NCBI GenBank assembly: GCA_002687795.1
Contig: NZBG01000003.1
Coordinates: 24,557 to 88,556, forward strand
DNA from: Candidatus Woesearchaeota archaeon
GTDB lineage: Archaea > Nanobdellota > Nanobdellia > Woesearchaeales > GCA-2687795
Length of the DNA stretch: 64,000 nt
Direction of reading: 5' to 3'
Part shown: piece after piece, positions 27,091-36,625 of the stretch
Layout: the number at the start of each line of letters is the position of its first letter
Position numbering within the stretch: position 1 is the first letter of the stretch
The notes under the pieces: generated by a model
What the model saw: only the letters and a program-made list of their open reading frames with translations
Databases searched by the model: none
What the model was told of the DNA's origin: nothing
Translations under genes and position numbers: made by a program

Positions 27091-27435
27091 ATGAAAACAA
27101 AACCACTTCTTCCAAGCTTAAGAGAAAAAAAGAGATACCTGGTGTTCCAGATATTATCAAGATCCCCTCTTAAATCTTCTGAAAGCGTTATCAAAAGCAT
27201 TTACTCGGGATGCCTAAAATTCTTTGGAGAATTAGGGTTTGCAAAAGCAGCCCCAATGTTCCTGAAAGACAAATACAATCCCAAATCACAGAAAGGTATC
27301 ATAAAAATAAACAATAAATATATAAACCACTTAAAGGCTATACTAACACTTGTAAACAAAGTAGACAAGCAGGATGTTATAATAAGCTCATTAGGGGTTT
27401 CAGGTATACTAAAAAAAGCTGAAAAAATAATCTAA
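27091..27435 (+). CDS. RNase P protein component Pop5 (Rnp2)
   Basis: LLPSLREKKRYLVFQI...GELGFAKAAP...GIIKINNKY...LGVSGILKKA is collinear with Pyrococcus Pop5 as I recall it. Confidence 0.85.
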   Translation: MKTKPLLPSLREKKRYLVFQILSRSPLKSSESVIKSIYSGCLKFFGELGFAKAAPMFLKDKYNPKSQKGIIKINNKYINHLKAILTLVNKVDKQDVIISSLGVSGILKKAEKII

Positions 27436-27450
27436 AAAGGTGATTCAAAA

Positions 27451-28188
27451 ATGCAACCAATGCCGCATCAATTAATGGGTTATGACAGGGCCATAACAAT
27501 GTTCAGCCCTGACGGAAGACTGTTACAGGTAGAATATGCTAAAAAGACTGTTAAACAGGGTTCAACCGCAATAGGAATCGTTTGTTCTGATGGTGTCTTA
27601 TTAGTAACTGACAAAAGGATTGTTGACAGCCTGATCATACCGGAATCAGTTGAAAAAACATTCCAGATAGATGAGCATATAGGCGCAAGCGCTTCAGGAA
27701 TCTTATCCGATGCAAGAGTTTTGATAGAAAACGCGCAAAATAAAGCGCAGCAGCATAGGTTAACATATGATTCTGAGATAGATGTTCTTAGCGTTGTTAA
27801 GGCCATCTGCGACCTAAAGCAAATCTGCACCCAAAGCGCAGGGCTAAGGCCTTTTGGTGTTAGCATTCTAATAGCCGGCGTTGACGCTAATGGCCCAAGG
27901 CTGTTTGAAACCGACCCAACAGGAATCTATTTCCAATACAAAGCAAGCGTTATCGGTGAAGGGGAAACAGAGATCGAGGAAATGCTCCACAAGCAATACA
28001 AGGAAACATTAACAATCGAAGACGCCTTAAAAATAATAATCAGGGCTCTTGCCAAGATTCTTGACAAGAACTTTGATGCTGCCAGGATTGATGCAGCTTA
28101 CATAAGAACAAATGAAAGAAAGTTTAAAAAAATCCCAAAGCTCAGTATAGAAAAGCTTCTTAAAGAAGTTAAAAGGCAAAAAAAGTAG
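27451..28188 (+). CDS. psmA: proteasome subunit alpha
   Basis: YDRAITMFSPDGRLLQVEYA signature. Confidence 0.95.
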   Translation: MQPMPHQLMGYDRAITMFSPDGRLLQVEYAKKTVKQGSTAIGIVCSDGVLLVTDKRIVDSLIIPESVEKTFQIDEHIGASASGILSDARVLIENAQNKAQQHRLTYDSEIDVLSVVKAICDLKQICTQSAGLRPFGVSILIAGVDANGPRLFETDPTGIYFQYKASVIGEGETEIEEMLHKQYKETLTIEDALKIIIRALAKILDKNFDAARIDAAYIRTNERKFKKIPKLSIEKLLKEVKRQKK

Positions 28189-28205
28189 AAATCCTCATTT
28201 CCCAA

Positions 28206-28925
28206 ATGGTTGGAACAACATATGATAAGGAAAGAGTTTCTCTTGACACAGCCAAACTTAGAAAAGAAGGGAAGGATTTTGAGGTATGTGTTGATCCTGA
28301 TAAAGCCCTTAGCCTTAAGCATGGGGAAAATATTGATATAAAAGATGTTCTGGTGGCTGAAAAGATATTCTCTGATGCAAAAAAAGGCCTTGAAGCTTCT
28401 GAAAAGGAAATTGAGCAGGTATTTGGCACATCAGACATCTTTGAAGTTGCTGGGATAATAGTAAAAAAGGGAGAAATTCCCTTAACAACCGAGTACAAGA
28501 ACAAGCTAAGAGAACAGAAAAGGAAACAAATCATACAGATTATCCACAGGAACGGCGTTGACCCAAAAACGCATATTCCACATCCTATAGCCAGAATAGA
28601 AAACGCCATAGAAGCTGCAAAGGTGCATATAGATGAGCATAAGCCTGTTCAGGCCCAGGTACAGGATATTCTAAAGAAAATAAGGATAATACTCCCAATT
28701 AGGTTTGAAATTAAGGAAATCGCCGTAAAAATACCAGCCAGTTATGCCCCAAAATCTTACCCAATCCTGAAATCCTTTGGAAGGCTATTAAAAGATGAAT
28801 GGCAAAAAGATGGCAGCCTTGTGGCTGTAATTGAGCTTCCTGGGGGCTTAGAAGAGGACTTTCATCAAAAACTGAACGCATTATGCCACGGTGAAGTGGA
28901 AAGTAAGGTATTAAATACAAAGTAG
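28206..28925 (+). CDS. SBDS-family ribosome maturation protein
   Basis: KEGKDFEVCVDPDKAL FYSH-domain start, and the conserved position after psmA in the archaeal superoperon. Confidence 0.85.
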   Translation: MVGTTYDKERVSLDTAKLRKEGKDFEVCVDPDKALSLKHGENIDIKDVLVAEKIFSDAKKGLEASEKEIEQVFGTSDIFEVAGIIVKKGEIPLTTEYKNKLREQKRKQIIQIIHRNGVDPKTHIPHPIARIENAIEAAKVHIDEHKPVQAQVQDILKKIRIILPIRFEIKEIAVKIPASYAPKSYPILKSFGRLLKDEWQKDGSLVAVIELPGGLEEDFHQKLNALCHGEVESKVLNTK

Positions 28926-29016
28926 AAAGCTTTAAAAAGAGGCAATTTTTCTCTGATTTTTAAAAAGATATATAAAGGGATAAGGATTTCCATACTATAA
29001 GAGAGAAGAAAAGGAA

Positions 29017-29712
29017 ATGAGTTTATTAAAAAAGGATAAGGAAATAGCAGTTCCAGGAGAAGTGTTAACAAAAGGCGAAGAATATTCTGCTGGTCAAGGC
29101 ACTTACAAAGATAAGGATGAAATAGTTGCTTCTAGATTAGGTTTATTTGATGTAAGGGGAAAAATAATCAGTATACTGCCATTATCAGGCAAATATGTTC
29201 CCCTAAGAGGAGATGTTATAATAGGTGAAGTAGTGGATATATCATTCTCAGGATGGAGGGTTGAGACCAATTCAGCCTATTCCGCTATGCTTGGCGTTAA
29301 AGATGCAACATCAGAATTTATAAGCAAAGGAGCTGATCTAACAGAGTTTTATAATTTAGGAGACCATATTGCAACAAAGATCATAAATGTGACTTCTCAA
29401 AAATTGATAGATTTGACTATGAAAGGCCCTGGTCTGAGAAAGCTTATTGGGGGCAGGATAATCAGCGTTAACCCCTATAAAGTGCCAAGGATAATAGGGA
29501 AGATGGGTTCTATGGTCAATCTAATCAAGGACCATACTAAGTGTATAATCACTGTTGGCCAAAATGGGTTAATATGGATTAATGGAGAGCCAAAAAACGA
29601 ATTAATTGCTGTTAATACAATAAGAAAGATTGAAAGAGAAGCCCATACAAGCGGCTTGACTGACAAAATAAAGGAGTATTTAGAAAAATCTTATAAAAAT
29701 GAAAAGGCCTGA
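29017..29712 (+). CDS. rrp4: exosome RNA-binding subunit Rrp4 (S1 + KH)
   Basis: PGEVL..., an S1 domain (GDVIIGEVVDISFSGWRVE) and a KH domain (VPRIIGKMGSMVNLI). Confidence 0.85.
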   Translation: MSLLKKDKEIAVPGEVLTKGEEYSAGQGTYKDKDEIVASRLGLFDVRGKIISILPLSGKYVPLRGDVIIGEVVDISFSGWRVETNSAYSAMLGVKDATSEFISKGADLTEFYNLGDHIATKIINVTSQKLIDLTMKGPGLRKLIGGRIISVNPYKVPRIIGKMGSMVNLIKDHTKCIITVGQNGLIWINGEPKNELIAVNTIRKIEREAHTSGLTDKIKEYLEKSYKNEKA

Positions 29713-30385
29713 TGGAAGAAATGTTGATGAATTAAGGAAGATAGAGGCAAAGGCCGGCATAATCAAGAGAGCTGATGGCTCTGCTTCCTTTAAGATAGGC
29801 AATACTATTGCTTATGCAGCAGTTTACGGCCCAAGGAACCTTTACCCTAGATTTTTGCAAAACCCGGAAAAAGGAATTTTAAGATGCAATTACAATATGA
29901 TGCCTTTTTCAGGCTCTGGCGAAAGGATAAGGCCAGGCTCAAGCAGAAGAAGCAAAGAGATATCTTTGGTTACTGAGAAAGCGCTTCTGCCCGTGATTAA
30001 CCTTGGCGAATTTCCCAATTCAGTTATTGATATTTTTATAGAATTCCCGCAGACAGATGCCGGCTCAAGATGCGCAGGCATTTGCGCTGCGTCAATTGCT
30101 TTAGCAGAAGCAGGTGTGCCAATGAAAGAGCTTGTTGCAGCTGTTGCTGTTGGCATTGTTAATGGTGAAGTAGTAGTTGACTTAAGCAAGGAAGAAGAAG
30201 ATATGGATGGCGCTGTTGATATACCTATTGCCATCACAACAAAATCTAATAATATAAGCCTTCTGCAGATGGACGGGATGATCAAGCAGGAGGACATCAA
30301 AAAAGCCATAGAACTGGGCAAAAAAGCAAGCCAAAAGATATTTGAGCTCCAGAAAAAGGCTATAAAGGATAAATATAACGTCTAA
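29699..30385 (+). CDS. rrp41: exosome catalytic subunit Rrp41 (RNase PH fold)
   Basis: RPDGRNVDELRKIEAKAGIIKRADGSA and TDAGSR motifs. Confidence 0.9.
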   Translation: MKRPDGRNVDELRKIEAKAGIIKRADGSASFKIGNTIAYAAVYGPRNLYPRFLQNPEKGILRCNYNMMPFSGSGERIRPGSSRRSKEISLVTEKALLPVINLGEFPNSVIDIFIEFPQTDAGSRCAGICAASIALAEAGVPMKELVAAVAVGIVNGEVVVDLSKEEEDMDGAVDIPIAITTKSNNISLLQMDGMIKQEDIKKAIELGKKASQKIFELQKKAIKDKYNV

Positions 30386-30389
30386 TAAA

Positions 30390-31160
30390 ATGTATAACAA
30401 CCTAAAACAGCATATAATCAACTGCATTAACCAAAATATCAGGTTTGATGGCAGAAAGAATGATGAGCACAGGAAGATAACAATAGAATATGATATTTCT
30501 AAGAATGCTGAAGGCTCTGCAAGAGTAAAGATAGGAAACACCGAGGTTATAGTTGGAATCAAAACAGAAGTTGGTTCCCCCTATCCTGATACGCCGGATG
30601 AAGGCACCATAATGGTTGGCGCTGAACTATACCCGCTCTCTAACCCTGATTTTGAAGGAGGGCCGCCAAGCACACAGGCTGTTGAATTAGCAAGGGTAAT
30701 TGACAGGGGCATCAGAGAAAGCAAAGCCATTGACTTCAAAAAGCTATGCATCAAAGAAGGGGAAAAGGTCTGGCTTTTATTGATAGATATATGCGTTATA
30801 AATGATGAAGGCAATTTATTTGACGCATCTTCACTTGCTGCATTAGCTGCACTTAAAAATATGCATTTTCCTGAAATTGATGGAGAAAATATAGATTACA
30901 AAAAGAAATCAAAGCAGGGTTTGAAATTAAATGAAGAGCCATTGTCTGTGACAGTCCATAAGATCGGAGGGAATTATATAATTGACCCTTCAAACGAGGA
31001 AGAGGAATTTATAGATGCCAGATTAACTGCGGCAGCCACAGCAGACGGCACAATATGCGCTCTGCAGAAAGGCGGAGATGATGTGCTCACCGAAGAAGAT
31101 GTTGACAATATGATAACCTTAGCAGTAAAAAAGACCAAAGAGCTAAGGAAATATTTATAA
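30390..31160 (+). CDS. rrp42: exosome subunit Rrp42 (RNase PH fold)
   Basis: RFDGRKNDEHRKITIEYDISKNAEGSARVKIGNT, plus its position after rrp41. Confidence 0.85.
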   Translation: MYNNLKQHIINCINQNIRFDGRKNDEHRKITIEYDISKNAEGSARVKIGNTEVIVGIKTEVGSPYPDTPDEGTIMVGAELYPLSNPDFEGGPPSTQAVELARVIDRGIRESKAIDFKKLCIKEGEKVWLLLIDICVINDEGNLFDASSLAALAALKNMHFPEIDGENIDYKKKSKQGLKLNEEPLSVTVHKIGGNYIIDPSNEEEEFIDARLTAAATADGTICALQKGGDDVLTEEDVDNMITLAVKKTKELRKYL

Positions 31161-31184
31161 ACAAACAAGTTCTAAGATATTAAG

Positions 31185-31439
31185 GTGATTCAGTTGCAGG
31201 AAAAAAGCCAGGAAAAAGATTACACAAGGTTTGAAAAAGCAAGGCTTGTTGGAAGCAGAGCTCTGCAGATCAGCATGGGCGCTCCTTTCATGGTAAAGCT
31301 TAGTGAAAAAGACTTAAAGAGAATCAAGTATAACCCTGTTGAGATAGCAAAGATGGAATTTGAGAAAGGCGTTATTCCTATTGATGTTAAAAGGCCTTTC
31401 CCTAAGCCAGGCTCTAAAGAATCTGCTAAGGCAGAATAA
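31185..31439 (+). CDS. rpoK: DNA-directed RNA polymerase subunit K (Rpo6)
   Basis: [21 protein letters not shown] signature. The track start is GTG at 31185; a TTG at 31194 just after AAGGTGAT is an alternative start. Confidence 0.8.
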   Translation: MIQLQEKSQEKDYTRFEKARLVGSRALQISMGAPFMVKLSEKDLKRIKYNPVEIAKMEFEKGVIPIDVKRPFPKPGSKESAKAE

Positions 31440-31513
31440 AGATTTCTTTTATTATTAGGCTTTATTAGAAATGATTTCTTATTATAATAATTATTTCTTT
31501 AATCCAATTCTTT

Positions 31514-31542
31514 CAGCTGAAAAGCTGTTTTTACAAAACAGC
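31514..31542 (+). terminator. two overlapping hairpins with a T-run after rpoK
   Basis: CAGCT-gaaa-AGCTG followed by TTTTT. The overlapping GCTGTTTT-tac-AAAACAGC hairpin is mutually exclusive with the first. Confidence 0.4.
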
Positions 31543-31571
31543 CTTACTAATCTTAGGATGATTTAATCAGC

Positions 31572-31593
31572 AAAGAATTTTGTAAAATTCTTT
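31572..31593 (-). terminator. AT-rich palindromic hairpin downstream of the 31650-32060 gene
   Basis: AAAGAATTTTgtAAAATTCTTT is a near-perfect palindrome about 57 nt past the minus-strand stop. Confidence 0.3.
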
Positions 31594-31649
31594 CTCGCCT
31601 AAAAAAAGCAAATAACAGAAGCAGATAATTAAATAAATAAATAAAATAA

Positions 31650-32060
31650 TTACATCTCTACAAACCCGCCTATAATAAGCAATATACCGCCGGCAACAAA
31701 CACAAAGTCAATTACCTGTCCTATTGCAGGCAGCTGGAAGCTTATCACATTAAACTGGTTCAATAAAGGAATCAATCCAATAGCCAAGACCACTAAGCCA
31801 ACAACTGCACTAACAGCCCTGAGCGTATTCTCCATAGCTTCTGCGATTGCATCCACCAAAAGGAAAATTCCTCCTGCAACGCATAATATCCAAATTGCTA
31901 ACATGGGCACTGCCGGGAGTGAAAATCCTATAACACCAAACTTATTCAGCAAAGGAATAGCTCCCAATGCCAAGAAACCAAGACCCAACAGCAAGGAAAT
32001 AATCTTCCTTGGGCCCATCTGAGCCTTTTTATTAAACAGTAAATTAGTCATTAAAATCAC
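31650..32060 (-). CDS. small integral membrane protein with internal two-fold duplication
   Basis: LGAIPLLNKFGVIGFSLPAVP...AGGIFLLVDA repeats as AIGLIPLLNQFNVISFQLPAIG...AGGILLIIGG. Confidence 0.5.
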   Translation of the reverse strand: MILMTNLLFNKKAQMGPRKIISLLLGLGFLALGAIPLLNKFGVIGFSLPAVPMLAIWILCVAGGIFLLVDAIAEAMENTLRAVSAVVGLVVLAIGLIPLLNQFNVISFQLPAIGQVIDFVFVAGGILLIIGGFVEM

Positions 32061-32167
32061 CTCTTGTTTTATGATATCCTTGATTCTAGGGTTTGGTTAT
32101 ATTTAAAGGTTTTCTTTTCTCATTAAATAGAAATCTTTATATTAACCAAAAAAGTATTTAACCTAAA

Positions 32168-33058
32168 ATGCAACTAACATTCTTAGGAACAGCAGCAATG
32201 GTTCCAACAAAAGAAAGAAACCATTCAGGGTTTTTACTAGAGTTCGGAACAGACGGGCTCCTGTTTGACTGCGGTGAAGGCATCCAAAGGCAGATCAAGA
32301 CAGCAGGCATAAAGCTAACCAGAGTAACCAAGATCCTTATAAGCCACTGGCATGGCGACCATGTATTAGGCTTACCAGGTTTAATTCAAACACTGGGCGC
32401 AAGCGAATACAACAAAACACTTGAGATATACGGGCCTATAGGCACCAAAGAAAGGATGAAAAACATGTTCAAAGCCTTTGTCTTTGACAGAAGAACAGAC
32501 ATAAAGATACAGGAAGTAAAAGAAGGCACAATCCTTGAAAACAACAAGTTCTCTTTACAGGCAACAGAATTAGACCACAAGATCAAAACCCTTGGCTTTT
32601 GCTTCACAGAAAAGGACAAAAGAAGGATAGATGTCAAAGCAGTAAAAAAGCTTGGAATCCCTGAAGGCCCTTTGCTCGGCAAACTGCAGGAAAACAAGCC
32701 AATCACATTCAAAGGCAAAAAGATAAACCCTAAAGACACAACATATTTAGAAAAAGGCAAGAAGATAACCTATATTGCAGACACTTTGCCATGCAACAAT
32801 TCCTATAAGCTGGCAAAAGACTCAGACGTATTGATTTGCGAATCCACTTACACATCCAAGCTCTCCAACAAAGCTGAAGAATACTATCATATGACCGCTA
32901 AACAGGCTGCTTTAATAGCAAACAAGGCAGATGTTAAGAAATTAATTCTTACGCATTTCAGTAACAGATACCATAGCACACAGGAGCTTGAAGAAGACGC
33001 AAGGAACGTGTTTGACAACAGCTTTGCTGCTTATGACTTTATGAAGGTTAAGCTGTAA
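32168..33058 (+). CDS. rnz: ribonuclease Z
   Basis: Metallo-beta-lactamase HWHGDHVLGLPGLI motif, with a typical short-form RNase Z length. Confidence 0.9.
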   Translation: MQLTFLGTAAMVPTKERNHSGFLLEFGTDGLLFDCGEGIQRQIKTAGIKLTRVTKILISHWHGDHVLGLPGLIQTLGASEYNKTLEIYGPIGTKERMKNMFKAFVFDRRTDIKIQEVKEGTILENNKFSLQATELDHKIKTLGFCFTEKDKRRIDVKAVKKLGIPEGPLLGKLQENKPITFKGKKINPKDTTYLEKGKKITYIADTLPCNNSYKLAKDSDVLICESTYTSKLSNKAEEYYHMTAKQAALIANKADVKKLILTHFSNRYHSTQELEEDARNVFDNSFAAYDFMKVKL

Positions 33059-33059
33059 A

Positions 33060-33455
33060 ATGTCCTGCAAATCCAAAGGAATAAACGGAGAAAGAGATTT
33101 AGTGCACCAGTTCTGGGGCTTGGGGCTTGCTTGCCACAGGATTGCTGGCTCAGGCTCTACAAAATACCCTTCTCCAGACCTTATAGTAGGAAACAGAATA
33201 AGAAGATTGGCGATTGAGTGTAAACTTACAAAGGATAACAAGAAATACTTCACAAGAGAAGAAATAGAGGCTTTAAAGGAATTCTCCAGAATCTTTGGCG
33301 CAGAGCCCTGGATAGCTGTTAAATTCAAGAGCTCAGACTGGGTTTTCCTTACTTTAGAGGACTTGAACAAGACAAACAGGTCCTATATTGCTGATATTAA
33401 CATGGCAAAGACCAGAGGATTGCTGATAAATGAGCTAATTAGTCAGAATTATTAG
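33060..33455 (+). CDS. hjc: Holliday junction resolvase Hjc
   Basis: GINGERDLV...AGSGS...PDLIVGN...AIECKLT matches the E..D..ExK nuclease core of archaeal Hjc. Confidence 0.85.
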   Translation: MSCKSKGINGERDLVHQFWGLGLACHRIAGSGSTKYPSPDLIVGNRIRRLAIECKLTKDNKKYFTREEIEALKEFSRIFGAEPWIAVKFKSSDWVFLTLEDLNKTNRSYIADINMAKTRGLLINELISQNY

Positions 33456-33490
33456 AAATATTTTTAAATACACATTCTAATTAATCTAAA

Positions 33491-34003
33491 ATGAGGGTCA
33501 CAAGCAAGATTGTTGAGCAAGTAGTAAGCGAAGCATCAGGGGAGGATGTAATCCCCCTAATTAAGTATCTAAAGGATAAAAAGAACATCTCAGAGTTTAA
33601 GATAGCTGAAAAAATCAAGAAAGAGGTAAATGAGACAAGAAACATGTTATACAGGCTCTATGAAGCCAATTTAGTCTCTTTTATAAGGAAGAAAGACAAA
33701 AAAAAGGGCTGGTATATCTATTATTGGACATTCAACCCTAAAAGAATCAAATATTTGTTCTATGACTTAAAAAGGAAAAGGTTAGATAACCTTAAGAGCA
33801 GGCTGGGAAGAGAAGAAAATAACTATTTCTTTATTTGTGAGGATAACTGTATAAGGCTGGATTTTGAGCAGGCCACAGATTTTAACTTTAAATGCCCTGA
33901 ATGTGGTAAATTAGTTAACCAGGAAGATAATGCCCAGAAGATCAAGAAAATTAAAGATGAGATTGAAAAGCTGAAAAAGGAGCTAAAGAAGCGCTCAAAT
34001 TAA
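33491..34003 (+). CDS. tfe: transcription factor E (TFE alpha): winged helix + zinc ribbon
   Basis: N-terminal wH (ISEFKIAEKIKKEVNETRNMLYRLYEANLV), ICEDNC...CPECG. Confidence 0.7.
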   Translation: MRVTSKIVEQVVSEASGEDVIPLIKYLKDKKNISEFKIAEKIKKEVNETRNMLYRLYEANLVSFIRKKDKKKGWYIYYWTFNPKRIKYLFYDLKRKRLDNLKSRLGREENNYFFICEDNCIRLDFEQATDFNFKCPECGKLVNQEDNAQKIKKIKDEIEKLKKELKKRSN

Positions 34004-34912
34004 CTTTATATCCCTGCACATCCAGCCATAATTTCTTTTAACCTCTTCAATAAACACAGAAGGTCTATACACACCAATCTCTGATATAACAGCTGTAACT
34101 AACCCAAGCTCAATCTTTTCAAAGGCATAATTGCATACCTTTACATTCTTTGGAGGGTTGTTCCATATCTCTTTAGCTTTCCCTGGCTCTAAACCCCCAA
34201 AATCAAAAATGCTCTTATAATCAAATCTCCATGAATTGCTACATACAAACACAGGGATATCATATCTGTTAGCCAATTCCGCAACCATCTCTGAGCCGAT
34301 CTTGCTTATAACCTTGTCTGGCGTTATTGCATCTGCCCCTAAGAGCACTATATCAGCCTCTTTGACTGCTAACCTCATTGCAGAATCAACATAATGGGTA
34401 ACAGGCACCCCAAGCTTGTTAAGCTCGCTTGCTGCAACCCTGCCATGAAGCGATGGCCTTGTCTCTGTATTATAAACCTCAAAACTTCTCCCTTTTTGCT
34501 TTGCCTTCTTTAAGATAGCCATTACTGTTGGAGAATAGCAATGCGTAAAAACCACCATCCCGTTCCCTATTTTGTTTGCCCCAATATCAGCTATTTTATT
34601 CTCAACAGTTCGGAAATGGTCTAAAGCATATTTAACATTGGAATAGAATCCCTCTTTCAACTCTTCTGCATCCTTGCCTTCAATGTTCGAAAGAATATAG
34701 CTTAATGTGTTCCTCATTAAAGGCTCTGTTGCTCTGCTCTTAAACAATTCCTGCCTGGTTTTCTCCAGTTCCCTAAGCAGCCTTGTTTTGGTCAGGGCAG
34801 TTGACTTATCAGCGCATTTCTTCAATTCAAGAACAGCAGCCTTAGCAACATTCTCAGCTCCCTGAATCTTAAGTTCTCTCATGTCCCTGATTTTCCTTTT
34901 AACAAGATTCAT
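33995..34912 (-). CDS. eIF-2B alpha/beta/delta-family protein, probable ribose-1,5-bisphosphate isomerase
   Basis: Collinear with Thermococcus R15P isomerase as I recall it (IQGAENVAKAA..., THCYS, ETRP, GADAI). Function within the family was not resolved. Confidence 0.65.
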   Translation of the reverse strand: MNLVKRKIRDMRELKIQGAENVAKAAVLELKKCADKSTALTKTRLLRELEKTRQELFKSRATEPLMRNTLSYILSNIEGKDAEELKEGFYSNVKYALDHFRTVENKIADIGANKIGNGMVVFTHCYSPTVMAILKKAKQKGRSFEVYNTETRPSLHGRVAASELNKLGVPVTHYVDSAMRLAVKEADIVLLGADAITPDKVISKIGSEMVAELANRYDIPVFVCSNSWRFDYKSIFDFGGLEPGKAKEIWNNPPKNVKVCNYAFEKIELGLVTAVISEIGVYRPSVFIEEVKRNYGWMCRDIKLI

Positions 34913-34978
34913 TTTCTGGTCAATATTTTTATTTATATGTAAAAAGAAAAGATAGGAAAAATGAGAAAAAGAAAATCT

Positions 34979-35191
34979 TTATCTCTTCTTTCTTTTCTTA
35001 GCTGATCTTCCTTTTATGGCTCTTTCTATCTTAAGCTCTTCCCTGATTATCCTTTCAGCTATCTTCTCTATATGCAGCTCTATCCTTCCCATTCTTCTTT
35101 CCATAAGCACTAATATCCTCAAAGCATACACAATAGCTGCTAAAGTACCTATTATTATAGAAAGAGTTACCCCTTGAATATCTAATGGCAT
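34979..35191 (-). CDS. hypothetical single-TM protein with basic tail
   Basis: 70 aa with one hydrophobic helix and then KKRKKR. GGAGG lies upstream (complement of cctcc, 35204-35208). Confidence 0.4.
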   Translation of the reverse strand: MPLDIQGVTLSIIIGTLAAIVYALRILVLMERRMGRIELHIEKIAERIIREELKIERAIKGRSAKKRKKR

Positions 35192-35260
35192 TTTATCAAC
35201 CTCCTTTTTTTAACTGGAACCTCTATAAATAAAGTAGTATATAAAGGTTTTGATTTGTAA

Positions 35261-35427
35261 GGCTTCATCCAAAAAAAAGGTTGCCATCAATTATGCGAGC
35301 TTTTATTGATACTAATAATCAAAGCTGGAAGGGGGTAGTCCCTCAAGGGGAACCCAGCTATTCCTGCTAAATAAGCTAAAAGCGAGCCCGATGGCAACCC
35401 GAGCTATGCGAGTTTTTGGGTGAAGCC
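35261..35427 (+). other. ~165-nt nested-helix element (structured ncRNA or MITE-like insertion)
   Basis: GGCTTCATCC (35261-70) pairs with GGGTGAAGCC (35418-27, one G-U). GGTTGCCATC (35279-88) pairs with GATGGCAACC (35390-99). Internal hairpins are TTGAT..ATCAA, AGCTGG..CCAGCT and TCCCTcaaGGGGA. It is flanked by the direct repeat GATTTGTAAGG at 35252-62 and 35428-38. Confidence 0.4.
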
Positions 35428-35545
35428 GATTTGTAAGGATATCTTTATTTAAGTTAAGAAACCCTGTTTTGCAACACTTCCTGCAGGGTAAAAACAAAAA
35501 CTTTAAATATATCACTATAATAATTTTATCTGGAGGGGTTTTAAA

Positions 35546-35974
35546 ATGAAAAGATTTTTCTCTCAAATAAAGGACAAGTTCAAAAGTTATACAGAAGGCG
35601 AGGAAGAGCCAAGCGAAGAAGGGGAAGAAGGCTATGTTGAATTAAATACTGAAGGCGAAGAAGAAATAAAATCTAAAATCATGGTAAGGCCTTTTGTTAT
35701 GAATGATTTTGAGGATATTAGGGAAATCTTAGATTCTTTAAGGGAAGGCTATACCATTGCTCTTATCAATATAAAGCCTTTAAAAGACAAAGATTTAGTA
35801 GAGCTTAAAAGAGCAGTCAATAAATTGAAGAAAACCTGTGACGCTGTTGAAGGCGAGATTGCAGGGTTTGGTGAGGATTACATTGTAGCCACGCCATCCT
35901 TTGCCCGTATCTACAAAAGCAAGGAAAGCAGCGAGATAACTACTGATACTGAAGAAATAACCAAAGAAGAGTAA
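35546..35974 (+). CDS. sepF: SepF-like cell division protein
   Basis: An acidic linker, then VRPFVMNDFEDIREILDSLREGYTIALINIKPL...KRAVNKLKKTCDAVEGEIAGFGEDYIVATP, matching the SepF core pattern. TATA TTTAAATAT and GGAGGGG lie upstream. Confidence 0.7.
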   Translation: MKRFFSQIKDKFKSYTEGEEEPSEEGEEGYVELNTEGEEEIKSKIMVRPFVMNDFEDIREILDSLREGYTIALINIKPLKDKDLVELKRAVNKLKKTCDAVEGEIAGFGEDYIVATPSFARIYKSKESSEITTDTEEITKEE

Positions 35975-36059
35975 TTTTTTATTTCTTTTTATGATTATTA
36001 TAACATATATTATAATTAAACGAAAAGAATAAATACCCTATCCTAAATTCTTATGTTCT

Positions 36060-36581
36060 ATGGAAGATGCCAGCAAATTAGAGAACCAGTTATGCCCTAT
36101 ATGCAAGAAAAAGACTCTTTCTCTAATAGAAGCTCTGAAAGAAGTGCCCTTTTTTGGAAAAGCATACATTTTCTCAATGAACTGCAGCAACTGCAAATAC
36201 CACAAATCTGATATAGAATGCGCTGAAAAAAAGGAGTCGGTTGTTTATAGCATAGAAATTGAATCCAAGGATGATCTAAACATAAGGGTTGTAAAATCAA
36301 GCGAAGCAAAGGTCAAAATACCTCATGTCATGACGATTGATCCCGGTCCAAGCTCTAACGGCTATATAACAAACATAGAAGGCATCCTAAACAGGGTAAA
36401 ATCTGCTATAGAATCAGCAAAAGAGGCTGAGGAAGACCCAGCTGCAAAGAAAAAGGCAAAGAAATTGTTGAAAAAGCTCAACAAGGTTCTATGGGGAGAA
36501 GAAAAGCTCAAGATAATCATAGAAGACAAATCAGGCAATTCTGCTATAATCTCTGATAAGGCTGTGAAGAAGGAATTATAA
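36060..36581 (+). CDS. ZPR1-type zinc finger protein
   Basis: CPICKKK...VPFFGKAYIFSMNCSNCKY followed by the beta-rich ZPR1 A-domain pattern. Confidence 0.65.
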   Translation: MEDASKLENQLCPICKKKTLSLIEALKEVPFFGKAYIFSMNCSNCKYHKSDIECAEKKESVVYSIEIESKDDLNIRVVKSSEAKVKIPHVMTIDPGPSSNGYITNIEGILNRVKSAIESAKEAEEDPAAKKKAKKLLKKLNKVLWGEEKLKIIIEDKSGNSAIISDKAVKKEL

Positions 36582-36625
36582 AAAAGTAAATTTCTTAAAA
36601 GAAAGAATAATCACTAATTATAAAG

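Noticed and set aside
35261-35427. Possibility that the nested-helix element is RNase P RNA or SRP RNA
   Set aside because: I could not find the universal blocks: GGAAAGUCC and ACAGAA for RNase P, or the GGAA-tetraloop/AGCA helix-8 motif for SRP. At 165 nt it is also too short. It is kept only as an unclassified element.
35312-35566. 84-aa minus-strand ORF
   Set aside because: It covers the structured/inverted-repeat element and the sepF promoter. There is no SD and the composition is implausible.
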